Shown here piece by piece: positions 48,057-57,983 of a stretch of DNA of 64,000 bases. Under the pieces are notes generated by a model. The model saw only the letters and a list, made by a program, of their open reading frames with translations, did no database searches and had not been told where the DNA came from. The stretch is from positions 4,543 to 68,542 of the forward strand of contig JAUJOK010000009.1 of NCBI GenBank assembly GCA_030447685.1. Direction: 5' to 3'. The DNA is from Armatimonadaceae bacterium. GTDB lineage: Bacteria > Armatimonadota > Armatimonadia > Armatimonadales > Armatimonadaceae. Position 1 is the stretch's first letter; every line of letters starts with the position of its first letter. The translations under genes and the position numbers were made by a program.

Positions 48057-49667
48057 TCAATTTCCTCCGTAGCTATACTGGCGCGCTTTCTGGTTCGCCC
48101 GCAGGTGATCCGAAAACCCCTTGTTGAAGGTACCACGCTCGGATGTCACCCGCTCCGCCGCCGCCGTTTCCCCAAGCGCCTTGTACACGTCCGCCAGCGC
48201 CTCATAACCCGTCAGGACAATAAAGCCGCCGCTGTTGAACATGCCCAAGTCGTTCACACCCAGTGGCAAAGCCTTGTTGCCCAGGTTGCCCATGATCTTG
48301 TAGCCCATAGCCACCACGGCGCGGGCGGCACGCAATGCCTCGCGCTCGTTTCGCTGCCCCGCCGCCACGCGGGCGTAGCCTGAAGCGGACAGAGAGACCG
48401 TGTGCCAGATTGTTGGATTACTGGTATCGGAGGAGGCCCCCATCAACACGCGGAGGTTCCAGGCACCTTTCAGAAGTGCCGGGACGGGAGCCTGGTAGAG
48501 CGGCGCAACGTAGCGCGGCGCTTTGTTGCCGCGCTCAATACTTGCTACCGCCTCCTGAGCCGTTTTCTCGCTTTCTTTGCTGCTTGCCGCCAGCACGCGC
48601 TTCCCGGTCTCCGCATACGTCGGCGGACGGTAACCGTTTAACCGGCGCAGGCGAACGGCTTCCTGCAACTCTTTGTGAAAGAGGCTATAGGGCGTTTCAT
48701 AGAACAGAAGCCCTGCCAGCCGGTACAGGGGGTAGGCATTGCCGGGGTCACTGAGAGCCGCCTGACGCAGCGCCTCCTTTGCCTGCTCCGGGTCGTCGGT
48801 TCTTTGAAGGTCGTACAGACGGTACCAGAGCGTGGCATTGCGCTTCTGCAAAGACAGAGCCTGACGGTAGGCAGCCAATGCTGCGGGTTTGTCCCTGGCT
48901 CCCCGCGCGTTCGCGCTCTCGCCGATATGCGCATCGCCCAGCGACTGCCAGCAGCGCGCATCGGCAGGGTCTTCTTCCGTGGCCGCGAGAAAAGCCTTTG
49001 TCACCTCTTCCGCTTCCGGCAGACCCTCGATGTCTAATGGCTGGCTGTCATAGCCGATCCAGCCACGACTGCGCAGGAGGCGCACTCCCCAGCCGCGCAC
49101 GTAGTGCGCCTCGGCACGCTCACTCTTTGTCGTGGCAAGCTCAAGCGCCCTGTCCCATTCGGCTATGGCCTGCTTGCCCAGCGAACGAATCTGTGTCATG
49201 GCTTCCGGAAGTGTGAGGGTAAAGGGCTGGTTGTCGTCCCTGGTGCGAAAAGACGGAAGTTGTGGGCGGGGCTTACCATAAAGGGGATCGTTCTCATCCT
49301 TCTGCGCGGCTTCCCACGCCGCCAGACGCTGCGGGTATCCGGCCTGGGCTTCGGAGAACCAGCTAAGGCGGGAAGCGGCATCTGCGAGCGAGGCGGCGCG
49401 GCTGGCATAGGCGCAGCCCAGCGCCAGCCGATACTGCTGACTTTTCGACTCCTGGCGCACCGCCTCTTCCAAATGCGCGGTTGCACGCTCAAAACTACGG
49501 CCTCGCTTCAGGAAATCAATGCCATACGCATACCGCTCCGCTGCAGAGTTGCCAGCGCCCAAGGTCGATGCAGCATTCCTTTCCTGCGCCCCTGCAGGGA
49601 CAGGGAGAATGGCAATCAAGATCGCTGGAAGAACAAAGCCGGTTCTCAATACAGCCGTAACTTTCAT
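48057..49667 (-). CDS. tetratricopeptide-repeat protein with signal peptide
   Basis: 536 aa; signal 'MKVTAVLRTGFVLPAILIAILPVPAGAQE'; multiple TPR-like A/L/Y-rich repeats. Confidence 0.7.
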   Translation of the reverse strand: MKVTAVLRTGFVLPAILIAILPVPAGAQERNAASTLGAGNSAAERYAYGIDFLKRGRSFERATAHLEEAVRQESKSQQYRLALGCAYASRAASLADAASRLSWFSEAQAGYPQRLAAWEAAQKDENDPLYGKPRPQLPSFRTRDDNQPFTLTLPEAMTQIRSLGKQAIAEWDRALELATTKSERAEAHYVRGWGVRLLRSRGWIGYDSQPLDIEGLPEAEEVTKAFLAATEEDPADARCWQSLGDAHIGESANARGARDKPAALAAYRQALSLQKRNATLWYRLYDLQRTDDPEQAKEALRQAALSDPGNAYPLYRLAGLLFYETPYSLFHKELQEAVRLRRLNGYRPPTYAETGKRVLAASSKESEKTAQEAVASIERGNKAPRYVAPLYQAPVPALLKGAWNLRVLMGASSDTSNPTIWHTVSLSASGYARVAAGQRNEREALRAARAVVAMGYKIMGNLGNKALPLGVNDLGMFNSGGFIVLTGYEALADVYKALGETAAAERVTSERGTFNKGFSDHLRANQKARQYSYGGN

Positions 49668-49682
49668 ATCCTTCTCCTTGGA

Positions 49683-49751
49683 GTCAGGTCAACACGCGGG
49701 CGTCGCCCTGACGGCGGATGAACTTCTGCGCGTCAAAATACTCCAGAAGCG
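49683..49751. repeat. direct repeat copy A: duplicate of the selB 3' end (last about 22 codons plus stop); copy B at 50683-50751
   Basis: 'gtcaggtcaacacgcgggcgtcgccctgacggcggatgaacttctgcgcgtcaaaatactccagaagcg' versus 'gtcaggccagcacgcgggcgtcgccctgacgccgggtgaacttctgcgcgtcgaaatactccagaagcg'. About 64 of 69 identical, exactly 1000 bp apart, bracketing the vapBC-like cassette. Confidence 0.75.
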
Positions 49752-49757
49752 CAGTAG

Positions 49758-50216
49758 TCAGGGTGTAATGTTCTTCCACTCCGCTGCCGGTACGAACCAG
49801 GACAGATGGCTGACATTCGTGGTAGCAACAAGGTAGTCCGAAGCAGAAAGTCCCAGGCTTAGCGCCTGCGCCGCCAGGATGACGTCGCCGTCCAGGGCGT
49901 CAGCAGAAGCCATAGGCCGCCCGCCGCGCCGGGCCTGTCCCCACAGACGCGCCGCCTCTTCCAGGTGCGCCGTAGTGAGCGGGAGGAAGCGTCCCGGCTG
50001 TAGACAGAACGCCTTGAGCCGTGCGATTTGGCTGGTTGCCTGGCGCTGCTCCAGCTCTCGCAGAACTTCATAATAGCAGATGGCTGGCACCAAGACCGTG
50101 TGTCCCGCCCTCTCACAATCATTCACCCACCGGTGACACTCGTCGGATAAGGAGAGCGTCTTTCCAGGCCGCTTGGCGACGCTGCTTGTCGGAAAGGAGT
50201 CCAGAACCAGAATCAT
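49758..50216 (-). CDS. vapC: PIN-domain toxin (VapC-like)
   Basis: 'MILVLDSFP...YYEVLRELE...SADALDGDVILAAQA' carries the PIN acidic residues. 4-nt overlap with the upstream antitoxin ORF. Confidence 0.75.
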   Translation of the reverse strand: MILVLDSFPTSSVAKRPGKTLSLSDECHRWVNDCERAGHTVLVPAICYYEVLRELEQRQATSQIARLKAFCLQPGRFLPLTTAHLEEAARLWGQARRGGRPMASADALDGDVILAAQALSLGLSASDYLVATTNVSHLSWFVPAAEWKNITP

Positions 50217-50590
50217 CGGTCAGTCGGTCCGACATCTAACGAGAAGCGGTTTTCACGGAGTCCTTTCTCTACTTCTTCCCAGAGCCGGTCCTCCGCTTCC
50301 CGCTCCGCGTCGGTCATCGCCGTATCCGCCTCTTCCCACTGCCGGAAAAGCGCCTGGGTAGGAGTCTCGCCGGGACGGACAGAAGGGGGTGCGGCAAGGG
50401 GCGTGTTATCCTGCGTTTGCCACCGGGCAAGCAGCGCCTGCACCCGGTCCGCTGACGGCACACTGGCGATGTCGGGCAGGCGTTCGATCACCAGTCTCTG
50501 GGCCAGTTCCGCCGGTTCCAATCCCTCCCGCCGTGCCACGGCGATAAGCTGCGTCTCTTGCTCTGGGGTTAGTTCTATCGTCAGCGTCAT
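50213..50590 (-). CDS. antitoxin partner of VapC (type II TA), small acidic protein
   Basis: 125 aa: 'MTLTIELTPEQETQLIAVARREGLEPAELAQRLVIERL'. Acidic C-terminus. TATAAT at 50628-50633 (minus) upstream. Confidence 0.65.
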   Translation of the reverse strand: MTLTIELTPEQETQLIAVARREGLEPAELAQRLVIERLPDIASVPSADRVQALLARWQTQDNTPLAAPPSVRPGETPTQALFRQWEEADTAMTDAEREAEDRLWEEVEKGLRENRFSLDVGPTDR

Positions 50591-50683
50591 CGGAGCGAGC
50601 CTTCACATTTCTTCTGGAAACAGGTGTATTATAGCCCCACGGGCCGTAGGACACACTATAAGAACGCCCCAGCAGCCAAAATG

Positions 50684-52615
50684 TCAGGCCAGCACGCGGG
50701 CGTCGCCCTGACGCCGGGTGAACTTCTGCGCGTCGAAATACTCCAGAAGCGGCAGGACATACTTGCGCGACGAGCCGGTGGCGTCCCGGACAGTGGCGAC
50801 GGTGATGCCTTCCGGTGTGCTTGCCAGGCGGCGGATAGCCTCCCTGACCTCCGCCATCGCCTCGACGGAAAAAAACATATCCTCGGCGATGCGGATTACC
50901 TGCCCCTGCTCGGCCAGGATATTGAGCAGCGTGCGGACCGGCACATCGCGCGGGTAGCCGCGCTGGAGGTCGTCCAGGTTCGGCGGCTGAAGCCCCCCCC
51001 GGCGCACGGCGGCAAGCACGGTGTCGGCGTGGGGCTGCCAGCCGGGGGGCATGGTCACATCATGCTCGGGCAGGCGCACGCCGGTCGCCCCTTCGACCAC
51101 CAGAACGCCTTCGTTTTCCAGGAACGACAGCAGAGCGGCGAAATCACGCACGGCAGCGGCTTTGGCGAGCGGGGCGCGCAGTCCGGCCTCCGACATGGCT
51201 TTGCGCAGCGGGTTCTGCTTATGAGAGGTGGCAAGCGTGCGGCGGGCCGTTTCACGCAGACGCTCGGCAGCGACATCGGAAAGCCAGCGCCCGTTGGGAA
51301 GCGAGGCTGCTTTGTTTTGCTCCTCCAGCGTGAGCAGAGCCGCGCGCACCGTTTCTTCCTCGATTCCGCTTGCAGCGGCAAGCTCGCCCGTACTGAAATC
51401 GGCGTGGCGGGCGGACAGGGCGGCGTAGACGTTTGCGGTAATGTCGTCGGCGCTGCGGGCGTCGAACAGGGCGAGCGCGGCCTCGTCGCCCCGACGGTAG
51501 CGGCGGGCGGGCGCGGGATCGAGCACGACACCACCGGCGACGGCACGCTGCGGGGAATAGGTACGGACGACGAACCGCTCGCCGCGCGCGGGGGCGGCGG
51601 GCGTTTCGCACAGCAACTGCACCGGCACATCCGCTGCGCCCGGTGCCATTTCATTGCCTTCGAGAAGCAGCAGGCGGGCCAGCACTTCGCCGGTGCCCAG
51701 ATGCAGCCGGACGCGCTCCCGGTGGCGCAGGGCGCGCGGCGCGGATGCCAGCAGCGACAGGTGGGCGTCGAATAGCTGCGTCGCCGCCAGCGTACCCGGC
51801 GGGCACAGAACCGCTCCCCGCTCGATCTGCGTCACCTCGATACCCGGCAGGTTGACGGCGACACGCATCCCGGCTGTCACTCGCTCGACGCGCCGGTTAT
51901 GCGTTTGCAGCGTCCGCGCCCGTGTCGGCAGGTTCTGCGGCTGCACGGCGATAACGTCGCCCGCGTTCAGCGTTCCGGCCACCAGTGTTCCCGTCACGAC
52001 CGTTCCGACGCCGGGCAGGGAGAAGACGCGATCCACCGGCAGGCGAAACGGGGCGGACAGATCGCGCGGCGCGGCCTCGGAGGCGGCCCCGGCAAGCGCG
52101 GCGAGCAGCGCGGCACGGCCCTCCCCGGTTTCGGCGGAGACCGAGATTAAAGGCGCATCACGCAGGGGCGTCGTTTCCAGCGCCTCGCGTGTCAGTTCTA
52201 CGGCGAATTCGCGCAGGTCGGCGTCGGCCAGGTCGGCTTTGGTCAGGGCGACGACGCCGCGCGCCACACCTAACAGCGTCAAAATGTCCAGATGCTCGCG
52301 TGTCTGCGGCATCGGCCCCTCATCGCTTGCGACTACCACGAGCGCGACATCGACGCCGCCCGCGCCCGCCAGCATGTTTTTGACAAAGCGTTCGTGCCCC
52401 GGCACATCCACAATGCCCGCCTCGATAGGCGGCGCGCCCGGCGCGGTGGACGGCAGCGAAAGGAAGGCGAAGCCCAGGTCAATGGTCATGCCACGCGCCT
52501 TTTCCTCGGCCAGACGATCCGTGTCCGTCCCGGTCAGCGCGCGGATCAGGGTCGTCTTGCCGTGGTCTACGTGGCCTGCCGTGCCAATGATGATATGGCG
52601 AACTGCTTCAGGCAT
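50684..52615 (-). CDS. selB: selenocysteine-specific elongation factor SelB
   Basis: 'MPEAVRHIIIGTAGHVDHGKTTLIRALTGTDTDRLAEEKARGMTIDLGF' is the EF-Tu-like GTPase domain. Long C-terminal winged-helix region to 'KFTRRQGDARVLA'. Confidence 0.9.
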   Translation of the reverse strand: MPEAVRHIIIGTAGHVDHGKTTLIRALTGTDTDRLAEEKARGMTIDLGFAFLSLPSTAPGAPPIEAGIVDVPGHERFVKNMLAGAGGVDVALVVVASDEGPMPQTREHLDILTLLGVARGVVALTKADLADADLREFAVELTREALETTPLRDAPLISVSAETGEGRAALLAALAGAASEAAPRDLSAPFRLPVDRVFSLPGVGTVVTGTLVAGTLNAGDVIAVQPQNLPTRARTLQTHNRRVERVTAGMRVAVNLPGIEVTQIERGAVLCPPGTLAATQLFDAHLSLLASAPRALRHRERVRLHLGTGEVLARLLLLEGNEMAPGAADVPVQLLCETPAAPARGERFVVRTYSPQRAVAGGVVLDPAPARRYRRGDEAALALFDARSADDITANVYAALSARHADFSTGELAAASGIEEETVRAALLTLEEQNKAASLPNGRWLSDVAAERLRETARRTLATSHKQNPLRKAMSEAGLRAPLAKAAAVRDFAALLSFLENEGVLVVEGATGVRLPEHDVTMPPGWQPHADTVLAAVRRGGLQPPNLDDLQRGYPRDVPVRTLLNILAEQGQVIRIAEDMFFSVEAMAEVREAIRRLASTPEGITVATVRDATGSSRKYVLPLLEYFDAQKFTRRQGDARVLA

Positions 52616-53385
52616 TAGCGGGACCAGCTCGGATAGGCATCGCGCGTCGGCGACATGGTGATGCGCGCAAGTCCGCTGCCGTCGGGATTCATCGTCAGGA
52701 TTCCCGCGCCTTCGGTGACTACTTGCCGCCCCCGGTTGTCGTTGAAAATACGCGAGCGTGTGAAGGCGATCTTCGTGCCATCGGGCGACCAGACCGGATA
52801 AAAGTAGTGGTGCGTCAGATCGTTGCTGATGTTGCGAACGTTGGCGCCGTCGGCGTTCATCACCGGCGGCCCCAGGACAGTGACGCTTGCCTGAGCGGTG
52901 CGGCCCGATTCGGTTTCGCGCGCCGTGATGGTGACGATACCGGACAGCCGGGCATCCAGCGCTGCCTGCCCGCCGCTGGCGCTGCCGATGGCGGCGATAC
53001 GCGGGTTGGACGATTCCCAGACCCAGTTCTCGTTCGCGGTCAGCACAACGGCCCCACCGGCGTCCTGCGCGCTCGCCGCCAGGTTCAGGCCCTGTCCGCG
53101 CGTCACGGACGGCGAAGGCGGCGTCAGCAGCACGCTCGTAATCGTGGAATCCATCGTCAGCGTCACCGGAACCGACTGCCCGGCGACAATCGCGGCAGCG
53201 AACACGCCGCGCGACTGCGGGACACCGCTGCCGTCACCGGCGGGATGCGCCGTCGCGGTAAATGTCACCGGTCCGGCGGGCAGATCGGTCAGGCTGACCG
53301 TAGACGTAGAGCATCCGGCAAGCGATACGCCCAGCATGGTTACAAGCAGCAGCAACGCGCACAACAGTAGTGACCGCTTTTTCAT
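52615..53385 (-). CDS. lipoprotein with Big_2 (bacterial Ig-like) and TolB/PD40-like beta-propeller repeats
   Basis: Lipobox 'LLLLVTMLGVSLAGCS'. 'ASVTVLGPP' Ig-like region. 'YPVWSPDGTKIAFT' PD40 repeat. Its stop overlaps the selB start (TAATG). Confidence 0.7.
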   Translation of the reverse strand: MKKRSLLLCALLLLVTMLGVSLAGCSTSTVSLTDLPAGPVTFTATAHPAGDGSGVPQSRGVFAAAIVAGQSVPVTLTMDSTITSVLLTPPSPSVTRGQGLNLAASAQDAGGAVVLTANENWVWESSNPRIAAIGSASGGQAALDARLSGIVTITARETESGRTAQASVTVLGPPVMNADGANVRNISNDLTHHYFYPVWSPDGTKIAFTRSRIFNDNRGRQVVTEGAGILTMNPDGSGLARITMSPTRDAYPSWSR

Positions 53386-53549
53386 CTTCAACTCCGTTGT
53401 GGCTCCTTGTGACGCACGCCGGAACCGCAGTTTAATTCTGCACGCACAAGCGAGCATCCTCCCCGGTCGTAGCCTTTACCGATTCCCCCTCCCAACGAAA
53501 AGAGCCTGCCGTTTCCGGCAGGAGCCTTCGTATTCATCCTGGAGGTAGT

Positions 53550-54065
53550 TCACTTGATACCTTGCTTGCTGGCAAAAGCGAGTTGCTTATCGGTCTCATC
53601 ATAAATGATAACGATTGATTCTGCGCCCAAGTCTTCGTGAGCCTGCTCGGCAAGCCTTCGTGCTTCGAGAACTGAGAAGGTGCCGCCTTTGACCGTAATC
53701 AGCATGATATGAGTGTGGTTCGGGTCTTGTCGATTAACTTTGATGCGCGGAGATGATTCTTCAAGGGCCGTCTTTACGGCACCGTACTGTTGGGGGCTTA
53801 CCGCATTTCGCCGACGCGCCTTTTCAGTTTCATTTTCTCGCGCAATTGCGCCCCTGTGCGCGCATTGTGCATAGCCGAACCCAAGTACGAGGAACAGAGC
53901 CAGAACAGGAACCACCACGAACAAAGTTCGGAGCCTGCCCGGACGATCCCGTTTGACTGCCGCCGCAACACCCACAGGCTTTCGTATCGGCGCTCCGCAG
54001 CCGGGACACTTTCCGGCTTCATCGGAAACGTATCTGCCGCATTCAGGGCACTTCGTTAAAGGCAC
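53550..54065 (-). CDS. zinc-ribbon plus single-TM protein, hypothetical
   Basis: 'MPLTKCPECGRYVSDEAGKCPGCGAP' zinc ribbon; TM 'LFVVVPVLALFLVLGFGYA'. RBS 'aggaag' 6 nt before the GTG. Confidence 0.6.
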   Translation of the reverse strand: MPLTKCPECGRYVSDEAGKCPGCGAPIRKPVGVAAAVKRDRPGRLRTLFVVVPVLALFLVLGFGYAQCAHRGAIARENETEKARRRNAVSPQQYGAVKTALEESSPRIKVNRQDPNHTHIMLITVKGGTFSVLEARRLAEQAHEDLGAESIVIIYDETDKQLAFASKQGIK

Positions 54066-54198
54066 TATTTACTTCCTGCCGAATAGTAGGAGGAGATTTC
54101 TTGCCCAATCAGGCGGAATCCTCCGGCCAACAAAAAGAGCCTGGCCTGGAGAGGGAGGCTCTTTGTGTCGCAGTGACCGGGTTTGCCCCGAAGGCAGT

Positions 54199-54771
54199 TC
54201 ACGCACCGCCCGCTCGACTGTTGCTGCGCACGGCTGACGCCTGCAGCGCCCAGTCAATCTCTCTGGCTTTGTCTTTGTTGCTGAGGTGCCGGGCACGAAC
54301 CACCTGCTTGGTTCGCCCATCCCGACGGTCTGTGACTGTTTGGGCGTTCTTGACGCTGCCGTCGGGAGCCAACTCCACCAGAATACTGGTGACGGGTCGG
54401 ACGCTCCGCTTGCCGCTGCCGAACAGATGCGCGGACTTGGCGCTGAGTGAGACGGCCCACGTTCCCTGCACGGGCCACTGCCGTTTCACCCGGTAGACAT
54501 CATTACCGATGTGTTCTAACCGGATGGGGGTGGAGATGCGCTTGCCGCCCACCAGTCCTTCCGCTTTGGCCGAGACCGCTGCGCCGGGGCCATGACAGCC
54601 AACCGCATGGACGATAAAAACGGTGTCGTCCGGTTGTGCCGCATTCGATGACGGCGCAGGAACCTCCACAAGGAGGACGAAGCCTCCGGCTTGCACCGGC
54701 TGTGCAAGCGAGAGGGTCAGGAGGCAGATTGCCAGGCACGACACCCGCGCGCCTGTGGTTTTCGAGAACAT
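54199..54771 (-). CDS. secreted protein, hypothetical
   Basis: Signal peptide 'MFSKTTGARVSCLAICLLTLSLAQPVQA'; beta-rich mature part. Confidence 0.5.
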   Translation of the reverse strand: MFSKTTGARVSCLAICLLTLSLAQPVQAGGFVLLVEVPAPSSNAAQPDDTVFIVHAVGCHGPGAAVSAKAEGLVGGKRISTPIRLEHIGNDVYRVKRQWPVQGTWAVSLSAKSAHLFGSGKRSVRPVTSILVELAPDGSVKNAQTVTDRRDGRTKQVVRARHLSNKDKAREIDWALQASAVRSNSRAGGA

Positions 54772-54960
54772 TTTCCTTCTCCTTTGTCCAAGCACGTTAT
54801 GCGCTTCCGACGAGGCGTAGAGGCAATGCGTTCCGCCTCTCATGCATTAGACGGCGTTACGGCGCAATTTCTTCCCCTGCTCAAAACTTCCAAAAAAGAA
54901 CAGCAGATTCGGCACAGGGATGTCCCTCCCAAACGCGGCGGCACTCATTTCAAGACAGCG

Positions 54961-56087
54961 TTACCTTCTGCCCGTGCCGCCGCCGCCTTTCTCAGGCTGT
55001 GACGCCATCTCCTCCGCGGTGAGTGAGCAGCCGCGCAGAACCGCGCCGGGAGCGCGCCCCAGAAGCACGAAGCCGTCTCCGTCCGAGGCGGCGTGGCCCC
55101 AATCCTCGGTTTGCAGGGCAAGCACGGAGTTGAGGTTGGCAAGATCATAATGGACGAGCAGGCCTGGCTGACCGGGCGCGGCCTCTTCGCCCGTTACCGG
55201 GTCTACCACACGGGTTCTCAGCCATGGCGGGCCGATTTTGCGCTCCACGCGGTGAATTCCCTGAGCCTCATCATGAAGAACGGAATCGTAGAACTGGGAA
55301 GCCATCTCGCTCATGCCGTACTCGCTGAGGCAATGGGTGCGCCGCCCAACGCCCAATCGGGACAGAAACAGAGCGTACAGGTCGTCCCGGCTGACCTCGC
55401 GGGAGCGCCCCTTGAAGCCGCCGGTTTCAATGACGCGGCTGCCGGGCGGCAGCGCGAACCGCTGCTGCTCGTCCATGACATCGAAAAAGTGGACGAAGGC
55501 AAAGGCTGTGCCGAACACAATGACCGGCCCGGTCAGCAGGCGCAGCGTCCGGGAAAGCTCCTCCTGCCAATTGCCTTCCCAGAAAAAGCGGCCCCCATAG
55601 TCCGTTATAAGCTCGCCGAGCATGAAAGAGAGCGAGGAATGCGGCAAGGCGGCGGGCGGCGGCAGGAGCGCCAGAATCGGCAGTGCCGCGCCGTCCGGCA
55701 CGACGAAGCGGCGGAACCCGGCCCGCAGAGACACGCGGTACAGATCAAGTGCGGCGGCATCCATAAAATGTCGGCTGGGCGGGTCGCCGCCGCCGCCGGT
55801 AGTGCCGGACGAATGGAAGACTCGCCCGCCCGCTTCCGGTCGGCAGGCGGTTTCTTCCGCGCAGGTCAGGGCAAAGCGACGGCGGGCGCGGCGGGAATGT
55901 CCTGCCAGGAAGCGAGGTTTTCCGGCGCTGCGCCGCGCCCGTCGCAGAACGTCCGGTACGGCCCGTTACGTCGGTATTGATACGCGAAAACAGCGCGGGC
56001 AAGGCGGTCGAACGCCGCCGGGTCTTCTTCTCCACGGGTGATGAAGGCGGTGACAGCCTCGGTCAGCGGGGTAGGATCGGGTGTCAC
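54961..56087 (-). pseudogene. LuxE-like acyl-protein synthetase / adenylate-forming enzyme, with a 1-nt frameshift at a C-run near 55866
   Basis: '...NLASWQDIPAAPAVALP*' then, in the -1 frame, 'LTCAEETACRPEAGGRVFHSSGTTGGGGDPPSRHFMDAAALDLYRVSLRAGF...'. Adding one C to 'gccctgacc' joins the two parts. 'FHSSGTTG' is the adenylation P-loop. Confidence 0.6.
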
Positions 56088-57319
56088 GAAACGGACTTAA
56101 GAAGGCTGATCTGACCATCGCGCCGGATGAGCAGATAGGCCCCATCCTCCGTGGTGGTGGTTTCGTGGATTCGGGCCGGTGCGCCGGTCTTGGGGTCGGC
56201 GGGAAGACGCAGCTTGGAAACGAAGCCGCCGCGCGCATCGAGCGTATACAGCGTGCTCGCCCCATCGGTGACGGTCAGGCGATCCCCGCCGGCGGAAAAC
56301 GCCACCAATTCCGGCGAGAAATAGAGTACGCCCTTTTCCCAGAGCAGACGCCCCTGAGCGTCGAAGAGCGCCAGCTTGCGCTGCATGGCTGACCCGGTGC
56401 GGTAGGACAGGGTCTTTACGTAGGTCACGGCCACCAGCCGACCATCCTCGGAGGTCAGCGCTTTGGGATGGAAGCCATCCAGGTTCTTTTGCCACAACAG
56501 GCGGCCCGTTTCGGCGTTCCAGACATGAACCCGCGCGTGGGCCTCGCGTGGCCCCTTCGCGGAAACACCGATAGCGGTCTTGCCGTCGGCGGAAAAATCT
56601 ACCGTGTACAGGCGCGCGGGGTCCTGCTCCTCATGGTTCCAGCGCGGCGTGCCGTCCAATGACCAGGCGGAGACACCCGCCTCCTGCCAGGTACCGGCAA
56701 GCGCCAGCGGTTCCTGGGTCGTCAAGGCCAGGGAATCGGGGATACCTTCCGCCCGCCAGCGCGGCAGTTTTTCCGGGTTCCATTTCTTTACATTCACCGG
56801 CAGGGGAAGGATGTAAACCCACCGCTCGCCCGTGCCGACGACCGCGCGATCCCCCTGGTCGGACACGGCAACGTTCCAGATTGCGCCCTGTACCTTCGTC
56901 TCCAGAGGCCGGGGACTGGAGAGAATACGCAGCGTAGATGCCGCCGGATTGAGATGAGAGTACGCCAGCACCGTTCCGGAAGGGGCAGCCGCAACACGAT
57001 TGACACCGGGAAAGGGCGGCGTTTGCCACAACGTGCGCCCCCGCGCATTCAGGCGGCGGACACTGCCTTTAAGATCTACCCAGGTAATGGTGGCTCCGCC
57101 TTCGGCCACATCCATCGCGGCCAGAGCCGGAGCGGGCCGCGTCCAGAGTACCTGCCAGCGCGGCTGGGCGCTGCGGGGAGAAGAGATATCGTCCCCCTGC
57201 GCCGCTACTGTGGCGGGCCGGGGTGAAGTGGCAATAGCGGGAACGGGCGCGGTTGACAGCCGCACCGCCACTCCCAGAACCAGCGCGATTGCGCCCAGAA
57301 GCAGTATCCGCTGAATCAC
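56084..57319 (-). CDS. membrane-anchored beta-propeller (PQQ/WD40-like repeat) protein
   Basis: N-terminal TM 'RILLLGAIALVLGVAV'; repeated 'DG...LW' beta-propeller blades. Confidence 0.7.
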   Translation of the reverse strand: MIQRILLLGAIALVLGVAVRLSTAPVPAIATSPRPATVAAQGDDISSPRSAQPRWQVLWTRPAPALAAMDVAEGGATITWVDLKGSVRRLNARGRTLWQTPPFPGVNRVAAAPSGTVLAYSHLNPAASTLRILSSPRPLETKVQGAIWNVAVSDQGDRAVVGTGERWVYILPLPVNVKKWNPEKLPRWRAEGIPDSLALTTQEPLALAGTWQEAGVSAWSLDGTPRWNHEEQDPARLYTVDFSADGKTAIGVSAKGPREAHARVHVWNAETGRLLWQKNLDGFHPKALTSEDGRLVAVTYVKTLSYRTGSAMQRKLALFDAQGRLLWEKGVLYFSPELVAFSAGGDRLTVTDGASTLYTLDARGGFVSKLRLPADPKTGAPARIHETTTTEDGAYLLIRRDGQISLLKSVS

Positions 57320-57980
57320 TCGTCGCCGTTTTTATCCTCGGCACTACTCGTGCCGATCATCCGCAGAAAATACCGATGTACGCGCGTATCCCCCGTCAGC
57401 TCGGGATGAAACGCCGAAGCGAGCAGGTTTCCCTGCCGCGCCAGCACCACCTTGTCCTCGAAACGAGCCAAAATATCCACCTCCGGCCCGCTTTCCTCGA
57501 TATAAGGCGCTCGGATGAAGACACCCCGTACCGGCTCAGCGTGTTGTCCCGACGCCGGGGCATCGGTGACACAGGGCGCATCGATATTCGCCTCGAACGA
57601 ATCCACCTGCCGCCCGAACGCGTTGCGGGCCACCCCGATGTCCATCAGCCCCAGAGTCGGCTGCCCGCCCTGCTTCTCGCCGCGCGCGATACGGCTCGCC
57701 AGCAGGATCATCCCTGCGCAGGTTCCGAAAATGGGTGTACCCTGCCGCGCCGCCTCGCTAATCGCCGTGTCCAGACCGTAGCGCGCCATCAGCCGCCCAA
57801 TAGTTGTGCTTTCGCCGCCGGGCAGAATGAGGCCGTCCGCCCCGGCCACATCTTCGGCGGTACGCACCGGGAAAGCATCCCCGCCCGCCACCTCAATAGC
57901 CTGAAGATGCGCCGCGTAATCGCCCTGCAAAGCAACCACGCCGATTCGAGGCCGTTTTTCATTTTTCGTAGATACGGCCA
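57316..57980 (-). CDS. pdxT: pyridoxal 5'-phosphate synthase glutaminase subunit PdxT
   Basis: 'RPRIGVVALQGDYAAHLQAIEVAGGDAFPVRTAEDVAGADGLILPGGESTT' is the class I glutamine amidotransferase signature. GTG start with 'aagga' upstream. Confidence 0.85.
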
Positions 57981-57983
57981 CGA

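Noticed and set aside
50624-52661. 383-aa and 335-aa plus-strand ORFs
   Set aside because: Antisense to selB; the 'MSGQHAGVALTPGELLRVEILQKR' start is just the reverse strand of the selB 3' repeat.
55093-55980. 295-aa plus-strand ORF
   Set aside because: Antisense to the LuxE-like gene.
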